From positions 3,720,001 through 3,784,000 of the forward strand of contig OZ024764.1 in the NCBI GenBank assembly GCA_964016885.1: a DNA stretch of 64,000 nt. Direction: 5' to 3'. Position 1 is the stretch's first letter. The number at the start of each line of letters is the position of its first letter. The notes under the pieces are model-generated. The model had not been told where the DNA came from. It searched no databases and saw only the letters and a program-made list of their open reading frames with translations. This document shows, one piece after another, positions 12,778 to 28,050 of this stretch. The DNA comes from Eledone cirrhosa (Eukaryota). The translations under genes and the position numbers were made by a program.

Positions 12778-12779
<2 letters not shown>

Positions 12780-15700
12780 AATTTTTTCCAAAGTGGGTTA
12801 ATTCAAACATAACCTCATTCAGCAGCATATTGTTCTTTTCTGCCCATTGGATAACAGCCAGTAGGTCTGACTGAAGGCAAGTCCAGTCACCCACCACATT
12901 GATCACCCTTTGCCTATTGGATAACAGCCAGTAGGTCTGACTGAAGGCAAGTCCAGTCACCCACCTCATTGATCACCCTTTGCCCATTGGATAACAGCCA
13001 GTAGGTCTGACTGAAGGCAAGTCCAGCCACCCACCTCATTGATCACCCTTTGCCCATTGGATAACAGCCAGTAGGTCTGACTGAAGGCAAGTCCAGTCAC
13101 CCACCTCAGTGATCACTCTTTGCCCATTGGATAACAGCCAGTAGGTCTGACTGAAGGCAAGTCCAGTCACCCACCTCATTGATCACCCTTTGCCCATTGG
13201 ATAACATCCAGTAGGTCTGACTGAAGGCAAGTCCAGTCACCCACCTCAGTGATCACCCTTTGCCCATTGGATAACAGCCAGTAGGTCTGACTGAAGGCAA
13301 GTCCAGTCACCCACCTCATTGATCACCCTTTGCCCATTGGATAACAGCCAGTAGGTCTGACTGAAGGCAAGTCCAGTCACCCACCTCAGTGATCACTCTT
13401 TGCCTATTGGATAACAGCCAGTAGGTCTGACTGAAGGCGAGGCCAGTCAACCACCTCAGTGATCACTCTTTGCCCATTGGATAACAGCCAGTAGGTCTGA
13501 CTGAAGGCAAGTCCAGTCACCCACCTCAGTGATCACTCTTTGCCCATTGGATAACAGCCAGTAGGTCTGACTGAAGGCAAGTTCAGTCACCCACCTCAGT
13601 GATCACTCTTTGCCCATTGGATAACAGCCAGTAGGTCTGACTGAAGGCAAGTCCAGTCACCCACCTCAGTGATCACTCTTTGCCCATTGGATAACAGCCA
13701 GTAGGTCTGACTGAAGGCAAGTCCAGTCACACACCTCATTGATCACCCTTTGCCCATTGGAAAACAGCCAGTAGGTCTGACTGAAGGCAAGTCCAGTCAC
13801 CCACCTCATTGATCACCCTTTGCCCATTGGATAACAGCCAGTAGGTCTGACTGGAGGCAAGTCCAGTCACCCACCTCATTGATCACCCTTTGTCCATTGG
13901 ATAACAGCCAGTAGGTCTGACTGAAGGCAAGTCCAGTCACCCACCTCATTGATCACCCTTTGTCCATTGGATAACAGCCAGTAGGTCTGACTGAAGGCAA
14001 GTCCAGTCACCCACCTCATTGATCACCCTTTGCCCATTGGATAACAGCCAGTAGGTCTGACTGAAGGCAAGTCCAGTCACCCACCTCATTGATCACCCTT
14101 TGTCCATTGGATAACAGCCAGTAGGTCTGACTGAAGGCAAGTCCAGTCACCCACCTCAGTGATCACTCTTTGCCCATTGGATAACAGCCAGTAGGTCTGA
14201 CTGAAGGCAAGTCCAGTCACACACCTCATTGATCACCCTTTACCCATTGGATAACAGCCAGTAGGTCTGACTGAAGGCAAGTCCAGTCACCCACCTCATT
14301 GATCACTCTTTGCCCATTGGATAACAGCCAGTAGGTCTGACTGAAGGCAAGTCCAGTCACCCACCTCATTGATCACCCTTTGTCCATTGGATAACAGCCA
14401 GTAGGTCTGACTGAAGGCAAGTCCAGTCACCCACCTCAGTGATCACTCTTTGCCCATTGGATAACAGCCAGTAGGTCTGACTGAAGGCAAGTCCAGTCAC
14501 ACACCTCATTGATCACCCTTTGCCCATTGGATAACAGCCAGTAGGTCTGACTGGAGGCAAGTCCAGTCACCCACCTCATTGATCACCCTTTGTCCATTGG
14601 ATAACAGCCAGTAGGTCTGACTGAAGGCAAGTCCAGTCACCCACCTCATTGATCACCCTTTGTCCATTGGATAACAGCCAGTAGGTCTGACTGAAGGCAA
14701 GTCCAGTCACCCACCTCATTGATCACCCTTTGCCCATTGGATAACAGCCAGTAGGTCTGACTGAAGGCAAGTCCAGTCACCCACCTCATTGATCACCCTT
14801 TGTCCATTGGATAACAGCCAGTAGGTCTGACTGAAGGCAAGTCCAGTCACCCACCTCAGTGATCACTCTTTGCCCATTGGATAACAGCCAGTAGGTCTGA
14901 CTGAAGGCAAGTCCAGTCACCCACCTCATTGATCACCCTTTGCCCATTGGATAACATCCAGTAGGTCTGACTGAAGGCAAGTCCAGTCACCCACCTCAGT
15001 GATCACCCTTTGCCCATTGGATAACAGCCAGTAGGTCTGACTGAAGGCAAGTCCAGTCACCCACCTCATTGATCACCCTTTGCCCATTGGATAACAGCCA
15101 GTAGGTCTGACTGAAGGCAAGTCCAGTCACCCACCTCAGTGATCACTCTTTGCCTATTGGATAACAGCCAGTAGGTCTGACTGAAGGTGAGGCCAGTCAA
15201 CCACCTCAGTGATCACTCTTTGCCCATTGGATAACAGCCAGTAGGTCTGACTGAAGGCAAGTCCAGTCACCCACCTCAGTGATCACTCTTTGCCCATTGG
15301 ATAACAGCCAGTAGGTCTGACTGAAGGCAAGTTCAGTCACCCACCTCAGTGATCACTCTTTGCCCATTGGATAACAGCCAGTAGGTCTGACTGAAGGCAA
15401 GTCCAGTCACCCACCTCAGTGATCACTCTTTGCCCATTGGATAACAGCCAGTAGGTCTGACTGAAGGCAAGTCCAGTCACACACCTCATTGATCACCCTT
15501 TGCCCATTGGAAAACAGCCAGTAGGTCTGACTGAAGGCAAGTCCAGTCACCCACCTCATTGATCACCCTTTGCCCATTGGATAACAGCCAGTAGGTCTGA
15601 CTGGAGGCAAGTCCAGTCACCCACCTCATTGATCACCCTTTGTCCATTGGATAACAGCCAGTAGGTCTGACTGAAGGCAAGTCCAGTCACCCACCTCATT

Positions 15701-18700
15701 GATCACCCTTTGTCCATTGGATAACAGCCAGTAGGTCTGACTGAAGGCAAGTCCAGTCACCCACCTCATTGATCACCCTTTGTCCATTGGATAACAGCCA
15801 GTAGGTCTGACTGAAGGCAAGTCCAGTCACCCACCTCATTGATCACCCTTTGTCCATTGGATAACAGCCAGTAGGTCTGACTGAAGGCAAGTCCAGTCAC
15901 CCACCTCAGTGATCACTCTTTGCCCATTGGATAACAGCCAGTAGGTCTGACTGAAGGCAAGTCCAGTCACACACCTCATTGATCACCCTTTACCCATTGG
16001 ATAACAGCCAGTAGGTCTGACTGAAGGCAAGTCCAGTCACCCACCTCATTGATCACTCTTTGCCCATTGGATAACAGCCAGTAGGTCTGACTGAAGGCAA
16101 GTCCAGTCACCCACCTCATTGATCACCCTTTGTCCATTGGATAACAGCCAGTAGGTCTGACTGAAGGCAAGTCCAGTCACCCAACTCAGTGATCACTCTT
16201 TGCCCATTGGATAACAGCCAGTAGGTCTGACTGAAGGCAAGTCCAGTCACACACCTCATTGATCACCCTTTGCCCATTGGATAACAGCCAGTAGGTCTGA
16301 CTGAAGGCAAGTCCAGTCACCCACCTCATTGATCACTCTTTGCCCATTGGATAACAGCCAGTAGGTCTGACTGAAGGCAAGTCCAGTCACCCACCTCATT
16401 GATCACCCTTTGTCCATTGGATAACAGCCAGTAGGTCTGACTGAAGGCAAGTCCAGTCACCCACCTCAGTGATCACTCTTTGCCCATTGGATAACAGCCA
16501 GTAGGTCTGACTGAAGGCAAGTCCAGTCACTCACCTCATTGATCACCCTTTGCCCATTGGATAACAGCCAGTAGGTCTGACTGAAGGCAAGTCCAGTCAC
16601 CCACCTCATTGATCACCCTTTGCCCATTGGATAACAGCCAGTAGGTCTGACTGGAGGCAAGTCCAGTCACCCACCTCATTGATCACCCTTTGTCCATTGG
16701 ATAACAGCCACTAGGTCTGACTGAAGGCAAGTCCAGTCACCCACCTCATTGATCACCCTTTGTCCATTGGATAACAGCCAGTAGGTCTGACTGAAGGCAA
16801 GTCCAGTCACCCACCTCATTGATCACTCTTTGCCCATTGGATAACAGCCAGTAGGTCTGACTGGAGGCAAGTCCAGTCACCCACCTCATTGATCACCCTT
16901 TGCCCATTGGATAACAGCCAGTAGGTCTGACTGAAGGCAAGTCCAGTCACCCACCTCATTGATCACTCTTTGCCCATTGGATAACAGCCAGTAGGTCTGA
17001 CTGAAGGCAAGTCCAGTCACCCACCTCATTGATCACCCTTTGTCCATTGGATAACAGCCAGTAGGTCTGACTGAAGGCAAGTCCAGTCACCCACCTCAGT
17101 GATCACTCTTTGCCCATTGGATAACAGCCAGTAGGTCTGACTGAAGGCAAGTCCAGTCACACACCTCATTGATCACCCTTTGCCCATTGGATAACAGCCA
17201 GTAGGTCTGACTGAAGGCAAGTCCAGTCACCCACCTCATTGATCACCCTTTGCCCATTGGATAACAGCCAGTAAGTCTGACTGAAGGCAAGTCCAGTCAC
17301 CCACCTCATTGATCACCCTTTGTCCATTGGATAACAGCCAGTAGGTCTGACTGAAGGCAAGTCCAGTCACCCACCTCATTGATCACCCTTTGTCCATTGG
17401 ATAACAGCCAGTAGGTCTGACTGAAGGCAAGTCTAGTCACCCTCCTCATTTATCACCCTTTGCCCATTGGATAACAGCCAGTAGGTCTGACTGAAGGCAA
17501 GTCTAGTCACCCACCTCATTTATCACCCTTTGCCCATTGGATAACAGCCAGTAGGTCTGACTGAAGGCAAGTCCAGTCACCCACCTCATTGATCACCCTT
17601 TGTCCATTGGATAACAGCCAGTAGGTCTGACTGAAGGCAAGTCTAGTCACCCACCTCATTTATCACCCTTTGCCCATTGGATAACAGCCAGTAGGTCTGA
17701 CTGAAGGCAAGTCTAGTCACCCACCTCATTTATCACCCTTTGTCCATTGGATAACAGCCAGTAGGTCTGACTGAAGGCAAGTCTAGTCACCCACCTCATT
17801 TATCACCCTTTGCCCATTGGATAACAGCCAGTAGGTCTGACTGAAGGCAAGTCCAGTCACCCACCTCATTGATCACCCTTTGCCCATTGGATAACAGCCA
17901 GTAAGTCTGACTGAAGGCAAGTCCAGTCACCCACCTCATTGATCACCCTTTGTCCATTGGATAACAGCCAGTAGGTCTGACTGAAGGCAAGTCCAGTCAC
18001 CCACCTCATTGATCACCCTTTGCCCATTGGATAACAGCCAGTAGGTCTGACTGAAGGCAAGTCCAGTCACCCACCTCATTGATCACCCTTTGTCCATTGG
18101 ATAACAGCCAGTAGGTCTGACTGAAGGCAAGTCCAGTCACCCACCACATTGATCACTCTTTGCCCATTGGATAACAGCCAGTAGGTCTGACTGAAGGCAA
18201 GTCCAGTCACCCACCTCATTGATCACCCTTTGCCCATTGGATAACAGCCAGTAGGTCTGACTGAAGGCAAGTCCAGTCACCCACCACATTGATCACCCTT
18301 TGCCCATTGGATAACAGCCAGTAGGTCTGACTGAAGGCAAGTCCAGTCACCCACCTCATTAATCACCCTTTGCCCATTGGATAACAGCCAGTAGGTCTGA
18401 CTGAAGGCAAGTCCAGTCACCCACCTCATTGATCACCCTTTGCCCATTGGATAACAGCCAGTAAGTCTGACTGAAGGCAAGTCCAGTCACCCACCTCATT
18501 GATCACCCTTTGTCCATTGGATAACAGCCAGTAGGTCTGACTGAAGGCAAGTCCAGTCACCCACCTCATTGATCACCCTTTGCCCATTGGATAACAGCCA
18601 GTAGGTCTGACTGAAGGCAAGTCCAGTCACCCACCTCATTGATCACCCTTTGCCCATTGGATAACAGCCAGTAAGTCTGACTGAAGGCAAGTCCAGTCAC

Positions 18701-19760
18701 CCACCTCATTGATCACCCTTTGCCCATTGGATAACAGCCAGTAGGTCTGACTGGAGGCAAGTCCAGTCACCCACCTCATTGATCACCCTTTGCCCATTGG
18801 ATAACAGCCAGTAGGTCTGACTGAAGGCAAGTCCAGTCACCCACCTCATTGATCACCCTTTGTCCATTGGATAACAGCCAGTAGGTCTGACTGAAGGCAA
18901 GTCCAGTCACCCACCACATTGATCACCCTTTGCCCATTGGATAACAGCCAGTAGGTCTGACTGAAGGCAAGTCCAGTCACCCACCTCATTGATCACCCTT
19001 TGCCCATTGGATAACAGCCAGTAGGTCTGACTGAAGGCAAGTCCAGTCACCCACCACATTGATCACCCTTTGCCCATTGGATAACAGCCAGTAGGTCTGA
19101 CTGAAGGCAAGTCCAGTCACCCACCTCATTAATCACCCTTTGCCCATTGGATAACAGCCAGTAGGTCTGACTGAAGGCAAGTCCAGTCACCCACCTCATT
19201 GATCACCCTTTGCCCATTGGATAACAGCCAGTAAGTCTGACTGAAGGCAAGTCCAGTCACCCACCTCATTGATCACCCTTTGTCCATTGGATAACAGCCA
19301 GTAGGTCTGACTGAAGGCAAGTCCAGTCACCCACCTCATTGATCACCCTTTGCCCATTGGATAACAGCCAGTAGGTCTGACTGGAGGCAAGTCCAGTCAC
19401 CCACCTCATTGATCACCCTTTGCCCATTGGATAACAGCCAGTAGGTCTGACTGAAGGCAAGTCCAGTCACCCACCTCATTGATCACCCTTTGGAGCTTGG
19501 AATCATCTGCGAAGATTTTTATATTGCTGAGCTTCATGTCAGGAATGTCATTAATGTAGATGATGAAAATAAGTGGGCCCAACACAGTGCCTTGTGGGAC
19601 GCCACTGCTGACTTTGGCAGGGCTTGATTTTACTCTATCGACTACAACATGGTGGGTTTTGCCTGTCAGGAAAGATCTGATCCACTGTAGTGACCTTCCA
19701 GATACACCAACACTGGATAGTTTTTTTCAGTAGCATGTTGTGATCAACCCTGTCAAATGG
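12778..19760 (-). mobile_element. CR1/L2-type LINE RT fragment interrupted by its own tandem amplification
   Basis: Right flank translates ...WIRSFLTGK...SGVPQGTVLGPLIFIIYIND...IFADDSKLQRV; left flank continues WAEKNNMLLNE...HFGKN. Confidence 0.85.
12840..19492. repeat. 70-bp satellite, about 95 copies, with higher-order duplications
   Basis: Unit GATCACCCTTTGCCCATTGGATAACAGCCAGTAGGTCTGACTGAAGGCAAGTCCAGTCACCCACCTCATT. Confidence 0.97.
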
Positions 19761-19892
19761 TGTATATATATATACATATATATACACATGTATATATATA
19801 TAAATTTGTATATAAATGTGTATATATATATTTATATATATTTATATATATATATATATATATATACTTACATATATATATATATAAATGTG

Positions 19893-19957
<65 letters not shown>

Positions 19958-19995
19958 TTATATATACATACATATAATATATACATAAGTATATG

Positions 19996-20026
<31 letters not shown>

Positions 20027-20082
20027 TTATATATATATATATATACATATACATACATAGATATAGATATATATATACATAT

Positions 20083-20121
<39 letters not shown>

Positions 20122-20192
20122 TACATACATATATATATATATATATACATGTGTATATATATATATATACATACATATATATATATACATAC

Positions 20193-20235
<43 letters not shown>

Positions 20236-20804
20236 CATGTGTATATATATATATATAATTATATATTGACATGTAGGTGCAAGTCTATATTGAGGGACTA
20301 TACCACTCCAGGTGTGTATATACAACTGTATATATAAACACATTATATGGTGTCATTTAAACATATGTCGTATATTTTCAGCATCTGTACATGTTTATAT
20401 ACACTTGCATGTGTTGATATATATATATATAAATATAACCTACATATATACATACATACACATATATACATACATACATATATATATATATGCACATATA
20501 TATATATATATGTTTATATACAAATATATATGTATTCATAAATGCGTCTGCAACATATGGTGTATATATGCATGCGAGTCTGGGCATGAGTGTGTGAACA
20601 TGTATGTATATCAGTATGTATATATAAACACACACAACATATGCTGTATACATATATAGCAGTTTTCAAGTTCACCTTAGTATAATGCTAACACACCACG
20701 TTTCAATATATTCTACACTGGTGGTCGTTATGTGTGTGTATATATATATATATGTATGTATAAATATATACACACACACACAGATATATATATATACATA
20801 TATA

Positions 20805-21512
20805 TGGAGGCACATGGCTTAGTGGTTAGAGCATTGGCCTACGCCATCTTGTTTTTGTGTGTGTGTTTCACACAACACACACACAAAAACAAGATGGCGT
20901 AGGACAGAACAAAGGTGAGGCACAAAAAAACAAAGAAAAGAACCCCTAGTCACTGAAGAGGTCACAGAATGTGTGACGAAAGAACTTTGACAATATATGA
21001 ACAATCGTCCGGTTGTGGAACCAACCAACCAACCGGAAATTTATAAATTCTTAAATTTATAAATTTAATTTATAATAAATTGAAGTGAAAGCAACTGGTG
21101 CGTGTGTTTCTTATTGGCAACATGACCCTCCCAAAGTATAACAATATCGGTTTCAACACACGTTTTCAGATAAAGAATCTTGTTAAACAAATTTAGAATA
21201 TATATATATATATGTTGTGAGTTCAATTCTCAGATCGGGTGATGTGTTGTTTCCTTGAGCAAGACACTTTATTTCACATTGCTCCAGTTTACTCAGCTGT
21301 AGAAATGAGATGATAGGGACTGGGGTCCATATCATTCCACTGCAAAGTGGTCGTGGAGGTGCCACGGCAAAAAAGCACCCAGCACTCACTGTAAATGAGG
21401 TTGGTGTTAGGAAGGGCATCCAGCTGTAGAAATCAAGCCAGAATCAGTTCCCGTCCCACCCTTGCAAGCAGGGAAAAGCGGACGTAAAATGAAATGATGA
21501 TGATGATGATGA
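20805..21512 (+). mobile_element. SINE family 1 copy split by a family-B HHR element (20840-21200)
   Basis: Head TGGAGGCACATGGCTTAGTGG at 20805-20840; body resumes at GTTGTGAGTTCAATTC near 21213 and ends in (GAT)n. Confidence 0.75.
20949..20991 (+). ncRNA. minimal hammerhead ribozyme (family B)
   Basis: Stem I GTCA/TGAC, CTGAAGA (20953-20959), extra G, stem II GTCACA/TGTGAC, GAAA-GAAC-TT. Confidence 0.65.
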
Positions 21513-21527
21513 TATATATATATATAG

Positions 21528-21752
21528 TAATAATAATAAATTTGAAGACTAAAATCCAAAGAGGGCTCGATAAGGATAAATATATATCAAATATATAAGA
21601 ACCGTAGAGCAAATATTTATTAAAATAACAGATTAAAGTTTAAGCAAAGAATCGCTGCTTTCACCCTTAACGGGATCTTCTGAAACTCAGAAGATCCGTT
21701 AAGGGTGAAAGCAGCGATTCTTTGCTTAAACTTTAATCTGTTATTTTAATAA

Positions 21753-21755
<3 letters not shown>
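21528..21755. mobile_element. family C insert, foldback junction
   Basis: 21615-21683 is inverted at 21689-21755; same family at 10537-10595, 30850-30925, 48120-48205 and 58900-59830. Confidence 0.65.
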
Positions 21756-21795
<40 letters not shown>

Positions 21796-22012
21796 CACCT
21801 ATATAAATATGTGTGTATGTATAAATACAAGCACTATTCACAATTCAGGCCAGCCAGCTTCTGTGCCCCCCCCCCCTCCACTCTCAGTTTCTTCAACCCA
21901 GCCGCTCAGCCTGCCTCTCACCCCCACCCCACCATCTTCAACAGTGAAGCTGTATATATATCACCATGTTCTGGTTTCTAGCTTCAGGCCTAGAGCTAAA
22001 AATAATCAACAT

Positions 22013-22076
<64 letters not shown>

Positions 22077-22126
22077 ATTGGTATATGTGTGTATGTACAT
22101 ACATATATGTATATATATATGTGTGA

Positions 22127-22172
<46 letters not shown>

Positions 22173-22185
22173 GTATATATATATG

Positions 22186-22269
<84 letters not shown>

Positions 22270-22275
22270 TATTTA

Positions 22276-22321
<46 letters not shown>

Positions 22322-22385
22322 CACATATATATATATATTTAGATGTGTATGTATATATATATATACACATATATATATATGTATG

Positions 22386-22495
<110 letters not shown>

Positions 22496-22634
22496 TATAT
22501 AGAGACACATATACTGAGACATACACATAAACATATGCAGTGGGGGAGGGGGCTCCAGTAAAACAATGATGGTGATGATTATGATTGCACACAACACACA
22601 CGCATATATATAAAGAGAGAGACACACAGACGCC

Positions 22635-23525
22635 CTCTTCTTAGTGAGGGTCAAACTAGATGAGATGCAGTTTGGTTTTGTGGCTGGGAAGAGTACAACA
22701 GATACCCTCTTCTTGGTGAGACAATTACAAGAGAGGTTCTTAGAGAAGAATAAGCCACTATACTTAGCCTTTGTTGACCTAGAGAAGACCTTTGATAGGG
22801 TACCCCGATCTGTCATCTGGTGGTCCCTAAGGAAACTAGGTGTTGAGGAATGGCTTGTGAGGACAGTGCAAACTTTGTACAGAGGTACTCTCAGTAAAGT
22901 CAGGGTAGGAATGGAGTTTAGTGAGGAATTCCAGATACAAGTAGGAGTACATCAAGGTTCAGTCCTCAGCCCGCTCTTGTTCATTATAGTCCTACAAGCC
23001 ATAACAGAGGAGTTTAAAACTGGCTGTCCATGGGAACTTCTCTATGCTGACGATCTGGTTCTTATAGCAGAATCAGTAGAGGAGCTAGAGAATAAATTCT
23101 GGCTATGGAAACAGCAGTTGGAAGCAAGAAGACTGAGAGTGAACCTAGCTAAGACAAAAGTGTTGATGAGTAGAAAAGAGAACAAAACCCTGATTCTGTC
23201 AAGGAAATGGCCATGTTCGATATGCAGAAAAGGAACTGGCATAAATTCTATAAAATGCACACAATGCAGATCCTGGGTACACAAGAGATGTAACGGGATA
23301 GCAGGCAAACTAACAGGTAGGGAGAAATATGTATGCAGTAGATGTACAGGGAAATTAGACAGTAGAAGTCGCATTGATAGACACATTTTTCATATAAAGG
23401 AGGGTGCTATAGAAGTGGTGGATAGCTTCCGGTACCTAGGAGATCAGATAAGCATGGGAAGGGGTGTTCCGAGGCCATAGTATCTAGAAACAGGTTGGAA
23501 GAAGTTTACCGAGCTGTTGCTTCAA
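22635..23525 (+). mobile_element. RTE LINE ORF2 fragment (RT plus PHD-like zinc finger), frameshifted
   Basis: [34 protein letters not shown], then CSIC...CTQC..WVHKRC...CSRC, FRYLG. Confidence 0.9.
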
Positions 23526-23710
23526 AAAGCCATGAGAGAAAGAACCGATAGTGAAGAGGGAGAAAGAAAGAAAAGAAAAAAAGAGAGGAAAAAAGAGGAA
23601 AAAAAAGAAGAAAACATACCGATAGAAGGGGGAAACACAGGACAATGGCACATGTAAGTGAGTAACTGAGAAGAAATAGGGCAAATTCGTTGGGTTTAAG
23701 CCCAGGGGCC

Positions 23711-23772
<62 letters not shown>

Positions 23773-23995
23773 GATCAAAAGATGGTTAAAGGAGTTCAAT
23801 ATATTTTATTATGCGCATTTCAAAAACAAACATCATCAATATATGTTTGTTTTTGAAATGCGCATAATAAAATATATTGAACTCCTTTAACCATCTTTTG
23901 ATCTTATATTATGCATACTCCAGTCCCACAAACTGTAGAGTGCTTCTTATCCGATATCTGCATTGCTTTATTGTACTACAATAAAACTCACCTCC

Positions 23996-24060
<65 letters not shown>

Positions 24061-24274
24061 TGCAACGTTTTTTGAAATATTTACTTCTGTATCCACAGAT
24101 TTCTTTTAGTTTCAGAAGATTGACACGAGCCTATATATATATATATATATATATACGGGGTAACAAATAGTAGTTAAATGCAGTCCCACCTAGGTAAAGT
24201 CCAGTTATTGTATTCCAACTATGTGATTAAACCTTTTTTTGTATAGCAAACCATGTCAACCTTCTTTCCTGATT

Positions 24275-24955
<681 letters not shown>

Positions 24956-25107
24956 ATATATATATTTTAGCTATTATTGCACCGACGTGAGGTATATGAT
25001 TTTTAATGCAATGAAATATCTATGATCGTCGGCAAATCACTGATGAGGGACTTATTTTATTACATGTTATCCATGTGCAACCTGCAGTATTCTTCTCCCC
25101 ATTTTTT

Positions 25108-25154
<47 letters not shown>

Positions 25155-25422
25155 TTCAAGAGTAACCAATCTTAAAGAGAGAGATGGAGATAGGAGAAGA
25201 GAGATTGGTGAATTAGTTAGAAGCCAAAGCGTAAAGGCGTGTTCTCAATGTGCAATATGCAGTAGAAAGCAGCTAGGTGGCTGGGCTCATGCAGAAGTTA
25301 GGTGCGCAGAACTGGAAAATTATTATTCTCTACATTCCTTACATCAAACTAAAATATGTTGACAATCCTTTAATAATGTCTTCCTTGTGAAATTTGTGGT
25401 CTTGTTTTGCTTGCTTAACTAA

Positions 25423-25490
<68 letters not shown>

Positions 25491-25500
25491 TATATATATA

Positions 25501-26580
25501 TGTCCCAAATGCAAACTATGGGTACATAAAAGATGTAGTGGGATCACAGGTAAGCTATCTAAGAACGTAAATTTTATATGTGGCTGCTGCTCAGGTGCAA
25601 TAAGTAGCAAGCGCCCACAGGATACTAGCTCCTTCTATTGCCCAGATGGTTCTATAGAAATAGTGGACACCTTCCGTTACCTGGGTGACAAAATCAGCAG
25701 TGGTGGAGGGTGCTCTGAAAGTACAGTAGCCAGAGTCAGAATGGGATGGAAAAAGTCCAGAGAGCTTATACCACTATTAGCCGCTAAAGGTTTCTCTCTA
25801 AAAATGAAAGGCAGGCTGTATGATGCCTGCATACGAACAGCAATGTTACATGGCAGTGAGACATGGGCATTGTGTGCAGAGGACCTGCGCAGACTGGAAA
25901 GGAATGAAGCTTGCATGCTCCGTTGGATGTGTAATAGTAATATACGTGAATGGCAAAGCATAAACGAACTAAGTGAGAAATTAGGAATAAAAGGGATCAG
26001 ATGCTGTTTACTCGAGAGAAGACTACGTTGGTATGGCCATGTGATACGCATGAAAGACGACAGTTGTATAAAAAAGTGCAGGTCGATCAAAATTGATGGT
26101 AGTTACGGAGTAGGCAGACCCAGGAAAATCTGGGACGATGTAATAAATTCCGACCTTACACACTTGCACCTCTCTAAGACAATGTCACTGGACCGAGATA
26201 TTTGGCGCTACGCAGTAATACAGAAGACCCGCCTTGCCTATGTACATATTGAAACCTACAGTTAGTAGGCACCTCTTAACCAAATATACACCCCAATCCA
26301 CTACCCCTACCCTATCCTACCACTCCCACCAACACCACCCTCTCTCTGTAAAGTTGGTACCACAACATCCAGTCCAAAATAAATGAGGTTGTGTAGGTGT
26401 CACGACAAAAAAACACACAGTCCACGCTGTAATGTGGCCGTGTAGGTAACACGGTAAAAACCTCTCAGTCCCACACTGTAAATGTGGTTGGTGTTAGGAA
26501 GGGCATCCAGCTGTAGAAAACCTGCCAGATAGTCCTATACGAGCGAGGCACGGTCACCCAACCAACCTTGCCTCAAGTTG
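25501..26580 (+). mobile_element. RTE LINE 3' portion (PHD end, ORF2 C-terminus, 3' UTR)
   Basis: CPKCKLWVHKRC, FRYLG, MLHGSETW, RRLRWYGHV, GRPRKIW; stop at 26265. Confidence 0.88.
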
Positions 26581-27168
26581 TGCCACTTGAGGCAGGGTTG
26601 GTCAGGTGACCGTGTCTCGCTCGTATAGGACTATCTGGCAGGTTTTCTACAGCTGGATGCCCTTCCTAACACCAACCACATTTACAGTGTGGAAGTGGGA
26701 ACTTTTTACTGTGTTACCTACATGGCTATACATATATTTATATATATATATATGTATATATATATAACGGCGATGAATTAGTTTTGCGAGGTTTTTGATA
26801 TGAAATCGTGTGTCGAAACAAATATTGTTATACTTGGGGAAAAAATGAATGGAATAACAACAACACCCAAACAAACAACACTGACCTAAGAGAAGTATAA
26901 ATAAATAAATAAATAAATAGATAAATAAATAAATACATACACAAGCCCAATAACAACAAACACATATAAACACACACTAGTAAAGATAGAATACATTAAT
27001 CAATACACAGTCACCCAAACACGAACACACATCAAACAAAACACTATACACACACGCAAACGCATGCGCAGAGAAGACAAAAAAAAAAAAAAACAAATAA
27101 ATAAATATATAAACAGACTAAATAAAGATGGCGTAGGCATACAATACAACGGGAGGAAACAATAGCAC

Positions 27169-27206
27169 CACTGACGATGTTGCAGATGTGCAACGAAAGA
27201 ACTTTG
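27169..27206 (+). ncRNA. minimal hammerhead ribozyme (family B, diverged)
   Basis: CA-CTGACGA-T-GTTGCA/TGCAAC-GAAA-GAAC-TT-TG; stem II covaries with the 20949 copy; stem I is weak. Confidence 0.6.
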
Positions 27207-27420
27207 TTAGACTATATATATGTGTTTGTGTCTATATTGTATCTGTGTTTTTGACCGTTGGTCAGTCAATGGTAACATTGAGGACCGAATAAATTAAATT
27301 AACCGATATAAAGGACACAGAAGCGAAAACCAACCAAACAGTGAGTGTGTTCTGTTATTAATTCTGGCCATACTATTACACAAATATGACCCTCCCCAAG
27401 TATAACAATATATATATATA

Positions 27421-27459
<39 letters not shown>

Positions 27460-27643
27460 TATTAAAAAAAATAATGAATAAACAAAGAAACAGTTCCTTA
27501 TATTAAACAAAAAAAGTTCATTATTTTACGATCATTTCTAGGATATATATGTGTTAGAATTGGTATGCATATTCTATAGATCTATGTACAATATTTATAC
27601 AAACTATCAGAGGGAATATACATACCTTCATATATATATATAT

Positions 27644-28050
27644 ATGTACGGGTCTGAGACTTGGACACTGACCAAGAAACTCACTCAGATGGTGGATGGG
27701 TGCTACACGAGAATACAGAGGATGGCTCTGAACATTAATCAGTATACACTGAGGATGAAAAACTCAGAGCTGCATGGGAGCCTCCCAAAAGTCAGCTCAA
27801 AAGTGACACAGAAGAGACTGAGGTTAGCTGGACATGCTCACTGGCATTCAGAATTGACACTGCACTCAGTGCTCCTGTGGGAGCCTCCACATTGACCCAC
27901 GGGAAGAGGAAGACCGAAGTTAACATATGTTGATGTCCTAAGGACAGACACTGGTCTGTTGGAGGTGCAGGACATGGCAGTGATAATGAGGGTCAGAGAC
28001 AGCTGGAGAGAACTCGTCCATGGATCTTTTTACCCGCCCTAAATAGATAG
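27644..28050 (+). mobile_element. 3' fragment of the same LINE family as 10612-11795, degenerate
   Basis: YGSETWTLTKKLTQMVDGCYTR... with a premature stop; ends CCGCCCTAAATAGATAGA. Confidence 0.85.

Noticed and set aside
12840-19492. CRISPR-like regular array
   Set aside because: Head-to-tail repeats with no unique spacers, no cas genes, eukaryotic context, and a clear LINE origin.
25010-25110. ATCA-CTGATGA-GGGAC, also at 9505-9520(-)
   Set aside because: Both copies end in (AT)n before any matching GTCCC-GAAA, and a permuted fold lacks stem II; at most a 5' half.
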